DNA of 64,000 nucleotides, from the NCBI RefSeq assembly GCF_001194135.2, contig NC_068989.1, positions 28,843,147 through 28,907,146 on the forward strand. The letters run 5' to 3'. Positions within the stretch are counted from its first letter, which is position 1, and every line of letters starts with the position of its first letter. Below are positions 25,167 to 39,287 of this stretch, piece after piece. A program made the position numbers and the translations under genes. Under the pieces are notes generated by a model. The model worked only from the letters and a program-made list of their open reading frames with translations. It was not told where the DNA came from and ran no database searches. The DNA comes from Octopus bimaculoides. Lineage: Eukaryota.

Positions 25167-25284
25167 AATATATTCTTCTGTACATAATCATACACATCTG
25201 TGTATATATAAGTGTGTGTGTGTGTGTATATGCATGTATACGTATGTATAAGCATGTACATGTATGTATGTATGTGTGTGTGTG

Positions 25285-25322
<38 letters not shown>

Positions 25323-25523
25323 TCAGTAATTAAGGGTACTAACAAGTAGTACTGGCATGCTAAATATAGCAGTCAAAATGACCAAACCACAAATTTTCAC
25401 TTAAATACAATGGTGAAAGCAAGCAACTGAATAAAAATCCTAAAACCCTGTACCAATGACGAAAATAATTGATAATTTGAAAAAGCCAGACATACCTGTA
25501 TGTATATAAGTAACAAAGATGTA

Positions 25524-26102
25524 CAGGTGTCAATTCATTACGGCCGTTTCAAGTGGTTCCATTTAATTGATAAAGGAAAACATTACATCAGTTTGCTGCA
25601 GTTATAACAAAAGGAAACAATAGAAATATTTTGGTTTCCATTGTTGATGTAAATTTGTTAAAAAATGCTTTATTCTTTGTTTGAAGTCTATGCGTTCATC
25701 TGACGAGAATGGTTTCTTTCAAATTGATGTAACCCTAACCCATAAAGCATTGGGATTTGGACTTACATAGCATGGACTGCTGAGCATATTTTATGAAAAC
25801 GAGACTACTATGCATACATAAAAAACAAAAAATAGTTAAAATATCGTATTAGTATATAATGGTGGCAAGTTTTACAACATCTGAAAAGTCATTAGTTGAA
25901 CTATTAGTCCTTTTGCATTCTGGTGGGTATCGGACCGTTTGAGTGACATTAGACCCCAACAAACGCCCATAAATTAAATGCATCTGTCTGGGGCCACAAT
26001 CGTGGTCTGTTGACCTGTGCCTGATGGCCATGATTATGGCCCATCGCACTTTCTGTGTTAATTAAATGGAGCTGCTTGAAGTGGCTGTAATGTGTGAATA
26101 TA
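25524..26102 (+). mobile_element. Degenerate non-autonomous Tc1/mariner-superfamily element
   Basis: 33-bp inverted repeats at 25536-25568 and 26060-26092 (6 mismatches). The interior has eroded WFQ.D and FWG-like transposase traces. Confidence 0.55.
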
Positions 26103-26104
26103 GG

Positions 26105-26396
26105 TTTTATATATAAATATATGTGTATATATATGTGTGTGTGTGTGTGTGTACGTATATGTATATATATGTGTATGCATATGTATATATATATATATTA
26201 TGTATGTATATGTACTTGTATGTATGTATATGTATATATACACGTACATGTATGTATATATATGTATGTATATGTACATGTATGCATATATATATATATA
26301 TATGTATGTGTATATATATGTACGTGTATGTGTATATATATGTACGTGTATGTGTATATATGTACGTGTATGTATATATATGCACGTGTATGTATG

Positions 26397-26429
<33 letters not shown>

Positions 26430-26484
26430 ATGTATATGTACGTGTATGTATATGTGTATGTATATATATGTGTGTATGTATATA
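26105..26484. repeat. Compound (TA)/(TG)/(TATG) microsatellite
   Basis: About 380 bp of nearly uninterrupted alternating purine-pyrimidine sequence. Similar tracts lie at 25200-25320, 26690-26870 and 28735-28915. Confidence 0.95.
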
Positions 26485-26688
26485 CTCTTTTACTTGTTTG
26501 TCATTTGACTGCGGCCATGCTGGAGCACCACCTTTAGTCAAACAAGTCGACTCCAGGACTTATTCTTTGGAAGCCTAGTACTTATTCTATCGGTCTCTTT
26601 TGCCGAACCGCTAAGTTACAGGGACTTAAATATACCACCATCGGTTGTCAAGCGATGCTGGGGGACAAACACAGACTCCCAAACATAT

Positions 26689-26732
<44 letters not shown>

Positions 26733-26835
26733 GTGTATACATATATGTATACATTTATATGTATGTATATAATTATGTGTATGTATGTATATATTTATAT
26801 GTATGCAAATACATTTATATATATATGCATATATT

Positions 26836-26870
<35 letters not shown>

Positions 26871-26929
26871 TGTCCAATTTTGAACTGAAAGTTTATTTTA
26901 CTTTGTCTCAGCAAAAAGCAATGCTGTTA

Positions 26930-27970
26930 ATCAAAAGTATGCACCTAAATTATCAACACAATTCTGCCATTTTATTGGTAGCTTATGCTGGCAGCGAAGA
27001 ATTCTAGAGAGCAAGAGGTGATAAAATCATGAAAGGCTGTTTTTGCATCTTCAGATTTGAATTTTTTTCCTTGCAAAAAGTTGTCTAATGCCTGGATGAC
27101 AGAGTACTTCCAAGTTCAGTTCCTGTAACTTGAGTAGCTCTCTTTGTGCAACATGTGGTTGAACATTGTCTTGCAAGAGAATTGGCCTGTCTCTATTGAC
27201 CAATCTGGGTTGTTTAATTGCAAGTTCACTCATCATTTGATCCAGTTGGTTGATGTATACATCTGCTGTAATTGATTTACCAGGTCTCATGCAGCTGTAG
27301 TGGATGACGCCAGTGCTGGATCACCAAACAGACATCATTAACTTTTTTCGGGCAATATTATTTTTTGGATTGTGTTTTGGCACTTCGTCTCTATCTAACT
27401 ACCATGCAGAATGCTTGCCATTGTTGAAAAGAATCCATTTTTCGTCACATGTAGCAATATGATGCAAAAATGTTTTGCTTTCATGCCGTGACAGCAAAGA
27501 ACAGCAGGTTTCAAGACGACATGTCATTTGACGCTCATTCGGTTCGTGTGGTACCCACTTGTCCAGCTTCTTTACCTTGACGATTTGTTTCAGATGGACC
27601 AGTACAGCTGGAATTGAAACATCAAACCTTGCTGCTAAGTCACGTGTAGTTTGAAATGTATCCACTTCTGCTAGTTTCCAGCTCATCATTATACACCTTG
27701 GTCTCAGGTCTACCATGGGTCTAATTTTCAAGAGTAAATTCACTGGACTGGAACTGCTCAAACCATCGACATACAGTGTGCTCATTCGCCACATCTTCAG
27801 AAAACACTGCATTGATGTTTCAAGCTATCTGGGATGCATTGGTTCCACAAGAAAACTCTTATTCATAAACAACACAAATTTTTGGTCGATATGTTGGTTC
27901 ACAAAAATTGATTTACAAGAGCAAACTCATAATATAATCAGACATCATCAAATTCGTTTTGAAAAGTGAA
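26930..27970 (-). mobile_element. Decayed mariner (DD34D/Hsmar-like) transposase
   Basis: Minus-strand WVPHEP (WVPHEL), IATCDEKWILFNN, ILLQDNVQPH and LCHP motifs (ORFs 27399-27812 and 27051-27290). Confidence 0.85.
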
Positions 27971-28785
27971 TGTAACTCTTCAATGTTGTTAAACAAAGAG
28001 TTGTCTGGATAAAACATTAAAGTTAACAATTGTTTCTGTCAAACAAATCCATTCACAAGGCTTTGGTCAGCCCGAAGCTATGATAGAAGACGCTTGCCCA
28101 AGATGCCATGCAGTGGAACTGAACACAGAACCATGTTGTTGGTAAACAAGCTACTTTCCACACAGCTACTCCTGTTCCTATGTATATGTATATATAACAC
28201 AGAATGTTGAACAAACATGCACGTGAAACTCTAACAGCTTTTGTGATGTCTTTGCAGCTTTATTAATAAAGTATATATATANNNNNNNNNNNNNNNNNNN
28301 NNNNNNNNNNNNNNNNNNNNNNNNNNNNNNNNNNNNNNNNNNNNNNNNNNNNNNNNNNNNNNNNNNNNNNNNNNNNNNNNNCACACACACACACACACAT
28401 GTGTACTGGCCTAACAACCCTCACCATTTGTTTTTACTGTGTTCTTACTGTTCTGTTTCTTTTACCACTTTAACCCTCCGCAAAAAGTCCCAAATTTAAT
28501 TTAATTTGCTTTGTGGGAAGGACTGTTTTAGCGAAGTCGCGTCTTGTCCATACCTTCGTAACGCAGAATAGATAAGACAGGTGACAACTTATGAAGGGAA
28601 CTTCTTTATGTAGCCTGTCTCATTTCTCCGTCTTTTTCTTTTGTTGTTTGGAAAAAATGCTTGTTTTCTGTTTTTTTTTTATTCTCGTTTCTCACTTTGT
28701 CTATGTTTTTTTTTCGATGTCCTGTACCCATGTATGCATGTATATATACATATATATGTATATATGCATATTATTATACACACAT

Positions 28786-28840
<55 letters not shown>

Positions 28841-28909
28841 TATATACACATATATATATATATATACACATATGTATATATATATATAAATATCTGTATA
28901 TATATGTAT

Positions 28910-31595
28910 ATATGTGGAAGGTAGATGTGTGCTGTGTGCAAAAGGCTAGGTGGAGGGGCCAGGGTGCGAGAATTGTGGGTTTCAAGGGAAGAAGGTACAA
29001 GTAAGTTGTGGTGGTCAGGAAATAGCAAAGGGACTGGAGGTGTGGGAGTTTTAATGAAGGAAGAAATCTGTGAGAACGTGGTGGAGGTCAGGAGAAAGAG
29101 TGATGGAGTGATTATAGTAGTGTTAGCATTTAGGAAGAAATGGTGAAGGAGATTTGTGTGTATGGTTCGCAAAGTGGAAGATGTATTGCTGAGAAAGAGC
29201 AGTTCTTTGATGAAATGGCAAATGAGTGGGACTTGCATAAGGTGGATGAATTCGTTTGGAGCAGGGGTGACTTTCATGGACATGTTGGGAAATGGCTTCA
29301 TGGCTTTGAGGGTGGGCATGGGGGAAACGGAATCGGGGAGAGAAATGTAGAAGAAAGGATGCAGTTGGAGTTTTGTGATGAGAAAGAGTTGTGTGTGGCG
29401 AACACGTGGTTTAGGAAAACAGAGAAAAGGAAGCTGAATTTCAGTGCAGGAGGGAATGAGACAGAGACTGACTTCGTATTGGTTGGCAGGAAAAACATAA
29501 AGTATCTGAGAGATATGAAGACAATACCAGGAGAGTTGCAGCATGGGTTGGTGGTTGCTGACTTGAATAAGAGGAAAGTTAAGAAGTGAGAGGAGAAAGG
29601 TGTGGAAATTGAAGGAAGAAGAAACAAGAGCAAGGTTTGAGGAGAGAGTTGAGGAGTTGGTAAGCATTGATGCACCAGATTTATGAAAGTCTTTTAAAGA
29701 AGGGGTGCTAAAGACATGTGACAAAGTGTGAGGAAGGATGAAAGGTAGGAGAGATCGAGGTGATACGTGGTGGTGGAATGAAGAGGTGAGGGATGCGATG
29801 GTGAGGAAGAAGGGGGCGCATAAAGCTTTATGTAATAATAAGACTGAGCAAATGAAAGCCAGGTATAATAACATGAAGAATCATGCAAAGAGGGTGGTTG
29901 TGAGATCTATGAGGAAGGAGGCTGAGGAGAGGTTGAGCGGGCTGGATGAGAACCCAGATAGAGTGTTTAGGTTTATTAAATCAATGAAAAAAGATGGAAG
30001 AAGACGGAGGAAGATGCATGAGGGGGACTGATGGAAAGTTGAATTTTAGTGAGAAGGATAGGGGAAGAGTTTGGGAGGAGCATTTAGAGGGAATTATGAA
30101 TGAGGAGAATGAATGGGATCAGAAGGTAGAAGTTGCTGTAGTGGAGGGGACAGTGGAGAGAGTTAGTCAGGAAGAAGTAGTAGAGGCAATGAAGTCAAAT
30201 GAAAACAGGAAAGGCAGCTGGTCCAGCAGAAGTAAGTGTGTTAATGATAACTGCAAGTAGAGAGATAGGGATTGTTGTGATGATGGAGCTCTACCAGGGT
30301 GTGTGGGATGGAAGAGAAATGCAAGATGACTGGGCCAGTAAGTGTGGTGGTCCCGATCTTCAAGGGGAAGGGGGATGTGATGAGTTGTGGGGCATATAGG
30401 GGAGTGAAGTTATTGGAGCATGCAATGAAGATAGTGGAAAGGGTGTTGGAGAGGAGAATTCGGAAGGGGGTGGATGTGGACGAGATGCAATTTGGTTATA
30501 TACAGTGTTCATTGTAAGAAGATTGCAAGAGGAATACTGAGATAAGAAGGAGTTGTGCTTGTGCTTCATTGATCTGGAGAAGGCATTTGATAGGGTTCCA
30601 AGGAAGGTGATTGAGTGGGCATTGAGGAAGAGAGGTGTACTAGAGGTAATAGTGAGAGCATTGATGAGTTTGTATGAGAGGGTAAAGACAAGAGTTAGAA
30701 TTGGATTAGAGCTGTCAGAGGAGTTTGCGGTGAAAGTTGGTGTGCATCAGGGATTTGTGTTGTCATCATTGTTTGCAATAGTGGTTGATGTAGTGACAGA
30801 GTGTGCAAGAGAGGGATTGATAATGGAGATACTGTATACTGATGACCTTGTTCTGATGAGTGAGATGATGACTGGCAAGAGAGTTTGTTTGTGGAAGATG
30901 TGAGAAAGGAGCTGGAGGGCTGGCGGAACCAGTGGAAATGTTATGGGACAAGTTGGAAACGCTGGGAGGGTTTTGTTATTTGGGAGATAGGGTGGATGTA
31001 AGTGGTGAATGTGAAGTAGCTGTGACAGCAAGAGTGAAACTTGACTGGGCGAAATTCAGGGAATGTGGAGTGTTGTTAGATGGGAAAAAGGTTCTCATTA
31101 AAGATGAAAAGAAGGGTCTGTAAGAGTTGTGTGAGAGCTGCAATGCTGTATGGGAGTGAGACATGATGTCTGAGGGAGAGAGAGATGGTAATCTTGAAAA
31201 AGACTAAGAGAGCAATGGTGAGAGAAATGTGTGGGGTGAGGCTCTTTGGTAAGAGGAGGACTGAGGATTTGATGGGAATGCTGGGATTGCAGGAATTGGT
31301 GGAATGGTCAGCAAGGACAAATGGAGTGAGGTGGTATGGGCATGTGTTGAGGAGGGATGAAGAGCATGTTCTGAGGTGGGTGATTGCGTTTCAGGTAAAT
31401 GGAACGCGAAAATGAGGTAGACCGAAGAAAAGGTGGAGGGGACCAGTGGAGGAGGAGATTGAGAAGGTTGGTTTGAAAAAGGAGAATGCTTAAAACCGAG
31501 TAAGATGGCAAGATGGTGTGATGGCGGTTATTATAGCATTGAGGTAGATCTGGCCATCCTGTTTAACGGGGACAGAACCTGGATTTAAACCACTA
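28910..31595 (+). mobile_element. RTE-clade LINE, 5'-truncated, many frameshifts
   Basis: APE endonuclease ([26 protein letters not shown]) followed by RT (KAAGP, YRGVKLL, FIDLEKAFDRV, GVHQG, LYTDDL at 30832-30849) and the C-terminal WYGHVLR..GRPK motif. Confidence 0.9.
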
Positions 31596-32000
31596 GATGA
31601 TGATGATGATTTCTTCCTTTAACTTTTTGGTAAGTGTCCCAGTTGTGAGGAAGCTCTGGAAGAGAATCTGAAGTGATCTTGCTAGAGCCCCTTTGCATTT
31701 CTTTTGGAGGATTGCTGGGAATCCATCAGGTTCTGTGGCTGAGTTTGAGCTCATTACATCAATGGCTGATATTACATCAGTTTCCAGTATTTTGATGCTA
31801 TCAGTAATTGCCATTTCTTTGTGCATAGCTTTGGTGCCAAAGAACTCATCAAGCATAGCTACTTGCAAGTGCCCCAATGGAGTTGTGAAAATGCATGTGC
31901 ATCTGGGGCAGGCTTGAGTCATCTGTTGATTATTGATGTAGTCATAACTCTTAATGTCCTCTCGGACAGGAGTGCAATATATCTTCTGTTGCTTATGAAG
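31596..32000 (-). mobile_element. Fragment of a non-LTR (CR1/L2-like) RT N-terminus
   Basis: ISAIDVMSSNSATEPDGFPAILQKKC...QSFLTTG matches the S.GPDG..L..C region of LINE ORF2. Confidence 0.6.
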
Positions 32001-33236
32001 CACAAATTTCAGCAAACTATAACAATGGTTGCACAAACATCAAGCGTTATATCAGAGCTGTGGAAGGAAAATTTAAAGCTAGATATTAGAGCCATCTTTT
32101 GAATTTTGGGTACCATGATTAAAGACATTCAACAATCCTTTTGGCTTTAATCTGGATGGTACCAGTTTCAGTATGAAATGGAAAATCCTCTCTAAATCCA
32201 GACCTGTACTAATGGGTCCAAAAATGTTCAGTGTGTTCCCTTGAAAAACTATCTATTAAAATCTTGAGAGCCTCCAACATAAATTCGAGGAACGAGATTT
32301 TTTTCTGTATGTTCACATGTCTGGAAATCTTGTCAAAGTTTAAAAGTAGACCACCAGACACTTAATGAATCATTAACATGGTTTACATCTGCTTGACATC
32401 AAATTATTGTGTTTTTCTGTTTGTTTTCTTTACAAGTTTTGTTTTCAGCTTGATAAATGACAGAATAAATTATTATTTCAACCAGGAAACCCTGGGTGGC
32501 TGTAATTACAAGATTTCTGGCTTTTTATTTTAAGATATAAATCAATAAATAAAAATGTGTGTGTTTGCACGCATCATTGTGTTAGTGTTTGTCTCCCATC
32601 ACAGCTTGACAACTGGTGCTTATGTGTTTATGTCCCCATAACTTAGCAGTTTGACAAAAGAGACTGATAGAATAAGTACCAGGCTTAAAAAAAAGAACTG
32701 CTAAGGTTGATTCTTTTGACTAAAATAAAATTCTTCAAGGTGGCGCTCCAGCATGGCTGCAGTTTAATGACTGAAACAAGTAAAGATAAAAGAACTTCCA
32801 AACTTCTTTTGCCAGCTATGTATTTTATAGAATTGTAAATTGTGTGTTATTGCTGGAATGAAATATTTGTAAGAAGTATTTAAAAATGCTAAAATCTGAA
32901 GGGAAACCATAGATTTTAGTTTAAATAATATCAACACACTAACAAATCACTCTACCTTAACTTTTTACTCAGTTTGATTGGTGAAGGTTTTGTTTCACTT
33001 TTCACTGAAATTTATTGAAATCCTCATTCCAAGTGTCAATCCAACCAAATTCACGACACTAAAAGAACTATTAGTACATGGAGTTGGTTTGATTGAATTT
33101 GAATCTAAGGAATCATCATTCCCAATGTTGTCATTTCTAATAAAGTTTTACTTTATCAATACATGTCAATTAAAGAAAACATTGTTTTTATTTCATTGTT
33201 ACTTTTCTTTTAATTTTAGAGTGTGATGTTTCAGAC

Positions 33237-33368
33237 ATGGAGTCAAGTAGTGGTGGCAGTTTTCCCAAGATTATGGTCTTTAAACCAACCATGGAAGAAT
33301 TCAAAGATTTCAGAAAATATGTCAATTATATGGAATCACAAGGCGCTCATAAAGCTGGTTTGGCAAAG
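33237..33368 (+). CDS. KDM4: KDM4/JMJD2 histone demethylase, coding exon 1 (JmjN)
   Basis: [44 protein letters not shown]. Strong ATG context (GACATGG), acceptor TTTTAG at 33219 (or TTTCAG at 33234), donor AG|GTAAAG, phase 0. Confidence 0.95.
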
Positions 33369-33760
33369 GTAAAGCATCCCTCTTTGTCTGTCTGTATAGA
33401 GAAAAAATAATTTTTCAGCAACTACAATATCGTATATCTTCTTTTTAAAAAGTATTGTATTTAAACTTCAACTCTCCATGTGAACCAACAGGATAGAGTT
33501 TGACATGAATAATGATGACTATAGTTTATCTTATATTATAAAAGACAAATGGATCTCCATGTGTCTCTGTTCATCACATCTATAAAAGGGAGGGAAAGAA
33601 GGGGAGGAATCAAAATATACATCACAATGTAAAACGCAATACAAGCATTAAAAAAGACTTTCACTTTGAATAAAAGAATGGGATGAGAAAAGGTTGTTAA
33701 GAGAGAGAGTGAAAGATAGATACATAGGTAGGTATTGTTGTCCACTTAGTTACTAAGAAA

Positions 33761-35779
33761 TCTGAATAATACTAAAACTCTAGAGATGTTTGTGTGTACC
33801 CAAAATATCTCAGAAATAGTATATTTTATTTTATTTTGCATATTTATCTTCATACTTACCTTTGGCAGTACTGTACAAATTTTTGTGATATTTGGACCTC
33901 TATTTAAATGATTAAACACATTTTTTGTTTGTTATTTCTTGACGAAAAAATACATGGCTTCCGTGACATCAACACACATACAGAATATGCACACATATGA
34001 ATGTTATGGTTTGTCAATCAACACAAGCACACATCTGCTATCTGTGACATATACACACACACACAGTCTTTGCACTCTAAGAAAAAAAAAAATTGACTTT
34101 TTGACGTACACAATATTTTTAGAAATATTTTTAACTGAATGTGATTTCATCATACGGAGTTCATTAATTTCTGTTAAAATATTTATTTATTTACCTTTGT
34201 TTTAAAGGGAAAGAGAGAGAAAGTGAAAGATGTATGTACGTGTATATGAAATGGACGTGTGTGTGTGTGTGTGTGAAAGAGAGAGAGAGAGTGAGTGAAG
34301 GAGTGTGTTATGTATACGTACATACATCAATGCATATGCGTACATCTTTTTTGTATGTACATGTGCATGTGTGTGTGTGTGAGAGAGAAAGAGAGAGTGA
34401 GTGAGTGAACATGTGTGTTATCATGTATGTGTAAGTGACACTCTCTTTCTCACATACATGCGTCCATTTCATATACACTTGCATACATCTTTCGCTTTCT
34501 CTTCTCTTGCACTTTAAAACAGAAGTAACAGGTGATTTTCAGGTTAAAAGTTGTTTAAAAAAGCTTCTCATGTAAAATTTGCATATGAAAGTTTTCAGAA
34601 GTGCCGATATGGCCAGAGAAAAAGGTTTTCAATTTAGTTGTATTTAGCATAATTTCACTTACTTATGATTAAATTTTATTAAATTTTCATTAGATTTAAG
34701 CCCTTGTTTTTTCTGTAAATCCCTTCTGACATAAAATGAGTCAACTTCCGGTATGAATGTTTACATTTTGTAACTCTCTAAAAAAAAAAACGACTTTGTG
34801 ACGTACACACACACTGACAGAGAGAAATATCTTTTTTACAGAGATTACTTATAGTTTCATCATTTTGGATTTTATTCCATTTCATTCATTTGATATTTGT
34901 AATCTCTTTGTTGTTTTGATTTAATTTTCTTAATACAACATTACATACAAAAATAAGCACTGATCAATTATGCCATGTGGAAAGAGACAGGGATCATCGT
35001 GGTCTAGAGATGATGCGAAAAGGTGTTGGGAAGAAGCAAGGGTAAGGAGACAACAGGAAACGGCTAAGATGATAGCAGAACAATGGCAGGATAACAGTCA
35101 TGCAACAAAGAAGGAGGCAAGGAGAGACTGAGGAAGATAGGAATGTGCATCTCCAGGATGTGAGACAAAGTACAAATAGCAGAAGACTTGCAGAAATGCC
35201 TGAGATGGGGCTGCATGAATCTTAAAGAACAGGGTGAGGAAAGAAAGAAGGACAGAGGGAGCATTGGAAGGAAATGGATTCACTCTTTCTGCTGATGTAG
35301 ATGTGATGAATTTCATATGCTCTTACTGCTATGCATTCTTATTCCATGGCAAAACTGCAAATGTCTGCTGCATGAAGGGAAAATTTTGTATTGGCAATTT
35401 ACAACCTCTACCAAATGAACTTATCCATTTATACAATAGTGATGACTGTCTTGCAAAAGAATTCAGAAAGAACATCAGACAGTGCAACTGCCTCTTCTAA
35501 ATGACATCATTTGGTGGGAAAAAAGTTATTCCTAAAAGAAACATAGAATCCCGCCATTGTCATTCATGGCCAGATCCATCACTATATTGGACAGTTAGTC
35601 ACAATTTTCTTCAGGCATTAAATTGATTTCTATTGTTTAGATAATTCCAATTAAATAAGTTCAGAAGTTAGGTTAAATATATATACATGCATAAGTACCA
35701 TTCTGTAGAATTCCCATTCTATAAACTGGCAAACAATTCCGTGAATACTTTACTGGGCAACGTTGGGTAGTAACTCTAT
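33761..35779 (+). mobile_element. Internally deleted Helitron with both termini, in a KDM4 intron
   Basis: 5' A|TC at 33761 and a degenerate 3' hairpin plus CTAT|T at 35752-35779. Internal Rep/Hel N-terminal remnants: C.YC.A.LF..K....CCMKG, EFRKNIRQCNCLF*MTSFG and IVIHGQIHHYIGQL (35234-35600). Confidence 0.75.
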
Positions 35780-35849
35780 TTTTGATTTAAAATGTGGTAA
35801 TTTTAAGTGGAAGTCAATACAATGGAACACAAACTCTAGAAAACAACTA

Positions 35850-37052
35850 CTGTAAAAACCCATGTAATTTATGCACTTTTTTTTGTAAAAATAAAAATAA
35901 ACTTTAGTGGGGTGCATAAATGACATAAGTAGATCATTTCCAGAATTAAAAAAAAAATTCTTTTGTTGAAAAAAGACATACAAAACAAACATTTGTACCG
36001 GAAGTTGACTCATTTAATGTCACAATAGGTTTTTACAGAAAAAATAATGGCTTAAATATAATGAAGTTGACTTTTATTTATGCTAGACTGTATAATGCTT
36101 ACTTTTTCTGTATAAATTTACTAAAACCTATTGCAATGGAACATCATTAATATACATAGTGATGTGGGTATTCCTGATTGAAAAAAATGTAATGATATGG
36201 ATAATCTTGATTGTATGTTTTTATTTTTGTCTGTTTATTACTAGGCACACTTTTAAGTTTGTCGTACTGTTTATGCCAATTTCGAACATTGGCTTCATTA
36301 GCATTAAAATACCTTCCGGCAGCTCTATTGTCATGTTCAAATGCATATTCAACATATTTAATTTCTCCTTTGCAGTAAATGATTCATAAGTTCTGCCCAT
36401 ACTGACAATAATGGTAATGACAAATTTTAAAGTTTGCTTAATATTTTATAAGTGTGAAAGGGATTGAAATTTCAATACTCCGTATCAAAGGTTCTGACAA
36501 GAATAGGCAGAAAAGAATTCTGCTTACATAATCAGTCTGATCAGTCACCTTTCTCTGTTGGTTGAGTAAAGTGTCATCCAAGCTGATGTTTATTGGTAAT
36601 TAAACTTAATTTACAACACGTATGCATATTTATCAGATTTGTTTTTGTTAGTAATTCTTATCAAAAACTTTTCTTGTGATCTTGATTTGAGAAGACACAC
36701 TGGAGTATGCTAAAGATCGGACATAATGTCTTGTGGGCAAAGAATGTAAAATGAAGTTTATTATAAATAACACAAACATTTTGTAATTTAATAGCTTTCA
36801 ATGTGATACTTATTAAACAGAAATTATTTTTATTTATTGAAAATTTAATAAAATCTATTCATAAGTAAGTGAAATTATACTAAATACAACTAAATTGAAA
36901 ACCTTTTTTCCCTGGCTATATCGACTATTCTGAAAAATTTTGGGTTCAAATTTTACATGAGTAGAAGCATTTTATAACAGTGTTAACAAATTTTATCTTG
37001 AAGATCACCTGCGTAAATTACACAGGTGTGCAAATTACATAGGTTTTTACGG
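35850..37052. mobile_element. Non-autonomous pogo-family element
   Basis: TIRs CTGTAAAAACCCATGTAATTTATGCAC and GTGCAAATTACATAGGTTTTTACGG, each flanked by TA (35848-35849 and 37053-37054). Confidence 0.8.
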
Positions 37053-37169
37053 TATATGTGTATGTATGATATAGATAATTATTTTTGTCTTTGTTTCTGT
37101 GTGTATGTTTCTGTATGCCTTTTAATATATAGACAAGGCCTCGCAGTTTTCTAAAAATAACTGTTTGTA

Positions 37170-37204
<35 letters not shown>

Positions 37205-38579
37205 ACACACACACACACACACACACACATATGGTAAAGTCAGAACAAATAGGACCTTATTATCAGTCAAGCAGGTTGAGGTAAAGTCCTACATCTTGTC
37301 TATTTTTTCTTATTTTATATCCTGTTACTAATGTTCACCAAGAAAGTCAATCTAAATGTTATTTGCACAATTATTTATGATGGTACGTGCTTAACTTAGA
37401 AACATTTTTATTTGGCAGTCTAGCAACAGGTTTGAACTGGTATTTATAAGAATGAAAGAAATTAGAAATAATTCTTATTGGCTCCTAGATAAATAAACTA
37501 TTAGTGGCAATATGCAAAGTGGTATGGATATAAAAAAAATATTGTTCTGTTGATACTTCTAAATAAATAATTTAAAATGAAAAGAAAATTAAATATATCA
37601 GTTTTGGAAGTATTACAAATTCTGATCAATAAGTAAAGAAAATTGGGAAGAAATGATTTGTATTAATAATTGAATAATAATACTGTGAAAAATGGAACCA
37701 CTAGCTCACATTACTTTTTTTTTTAATTAAATCAAAATAAGTTAAAATTACTATTTTGATACAAATGTAAAATGTTGGGATAATATTTCTTAGTCCCTCT
37801 CTCTTATGTAACACTGTGGGAACTCAATAGTTCTCCAGAATGAAATAGTTGCAAGAATTGTTTGAAAACAAGTTCTGTGTATTTAGCTCCATGTTCTCTC
37901 CTAATGCCAAACTCTCAGTGATGAAATAAGTATGGAATTGGATTGAGGTATGTGCCTATATTTTCAAATAGCCTTTCCACAGTAATTTGACTTGCTAGTA
38001 GTGGCGGATAATCATTTTCAAAAGCATGCCCCACCACTTTAAGAAAAGAAGGATTTATTGAATAATGTGTTCCAAGATGTACCATGACTGATTGTACATT
38101 AGAAATCAATTATACAAAATATTTTGGAATTGGCGGAATATCTCATAATTGCATATCTGGTGTGCTTCTTGTACAACTATTTTAGACAATATTGTTTTAT
38201 TTCTGTAGGGATCAGTATACGAACCTAAAATGACATCTACTTTAACTATAAACCAGGGGAAATTAAATACAACATAATATAATGTACTCCTTTCAAAGTT
38301 GATAAAAAAGAAAGTACTAATCCAGAGCAGAACTGTAAGAACATTAATTCTTTAGTGTTCAGATTACTTTGTCAAATGTAATACTTATTTATTCACATTG
38401 TTTAGAATTAATCATGCATTATCTGGTAGCTTCAAGATTTCAATGGCATGATTGTTTACTTTCAGAATGACACTCTAGAATAGGTGTGAGAGGCTGGATC
38501 TGGCTGGTTTGAAAATACAAGAGTTAGAATACTCGGGCCTGATATGCCAATGATATGTTAAAAGCACCTAGCATACACT

Positions 38580-39210
38580 ATAAAGTGGTTGGCATCAGGA
38601 AAGTTATCCAGCTGTAGAAACCAAGCCAAATCTGACTGGAACCTAATGCAGCTCTCCAGCTTCCCAGCTCTGATCAAACTGTCCAACCCATGCCAGCATG
38701 GTAAATGGACGTTAAAAGTTGATGATATATATATATATATATGTATATATGGAAAGTGGACGTTAAGCGACGGCGACGATGATGATGATGATGATGATGA
38801 TATATATATATATATATATAAAATGTGCAGGTGTGACTGTGTAGTTGAGAAGTTTACTTCTCAATCATATGGTTTTAGGTTCAGTCATATTGCCTGACAC
38901 CTTGGGCAAATGTCTTCTACTATAGCCATGGGTCTACAATATCATTGTGTGTGGATTTGGTAGATGGAAATGGAAAAAAGCCCATTGTGTGTGTGTGTGG
39001 GGGGGGGCATGTCTCCTTGTGTTATCATATGTTGGTTGTAAACAGCATTACCATCATACAAGCAGTGTCCTTCATCTTGTGTGAAAGCATATCTGCCATG
39101 GATAAACATTACCTTACTTAAGCAGGTGATGGTTGGCAACAGAAAGAGCATCCAGTTGTAGAAAACCTACCTCTACAAATTCTGTTGTTAAAATGCTGCT
39201 GATGATGATC
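38580..39210 (+). mobile_element. Two tandem SINE fragments with (GAT)n/(TA)n tails
   Basis: Family motifs GGCATCAGGAAAG..ATCCAGCTGTAGAAACC, CACCTTGGGCAAATGTCTTCTACTATAGCC and GAT tails. Confidence 0.65.
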
Positions 39211-39287
39211 ATTGTGTGTATAATTAGTGTTTGTAGTCATATTACTTAGTAGCATACACTTGAAGGAAATTCCTCTCTCTCTCTCTC

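Noticed and set aside
26058-27007. Many Y/I/H/T/V/C-rich ORFs (also 25106-25345, 28591-29004 and 46725-46916)
   Set aside because: Translations of (TA)/(CA)/(TATG) microsatellites.
28585-28625. CTTATGAAGGGAAC... resembling a second hammerhead core
   Set aside because: The core is mutated (CTTATGA) and the GAAA half is missing, so a ribozyme cannot be supported.
37915-38109. Minus-strand ORF containing SQITVERLF, like a hAT dimerisation motif
   Set aside because: Single short motif with no TIR/TSD or further transposase signal.
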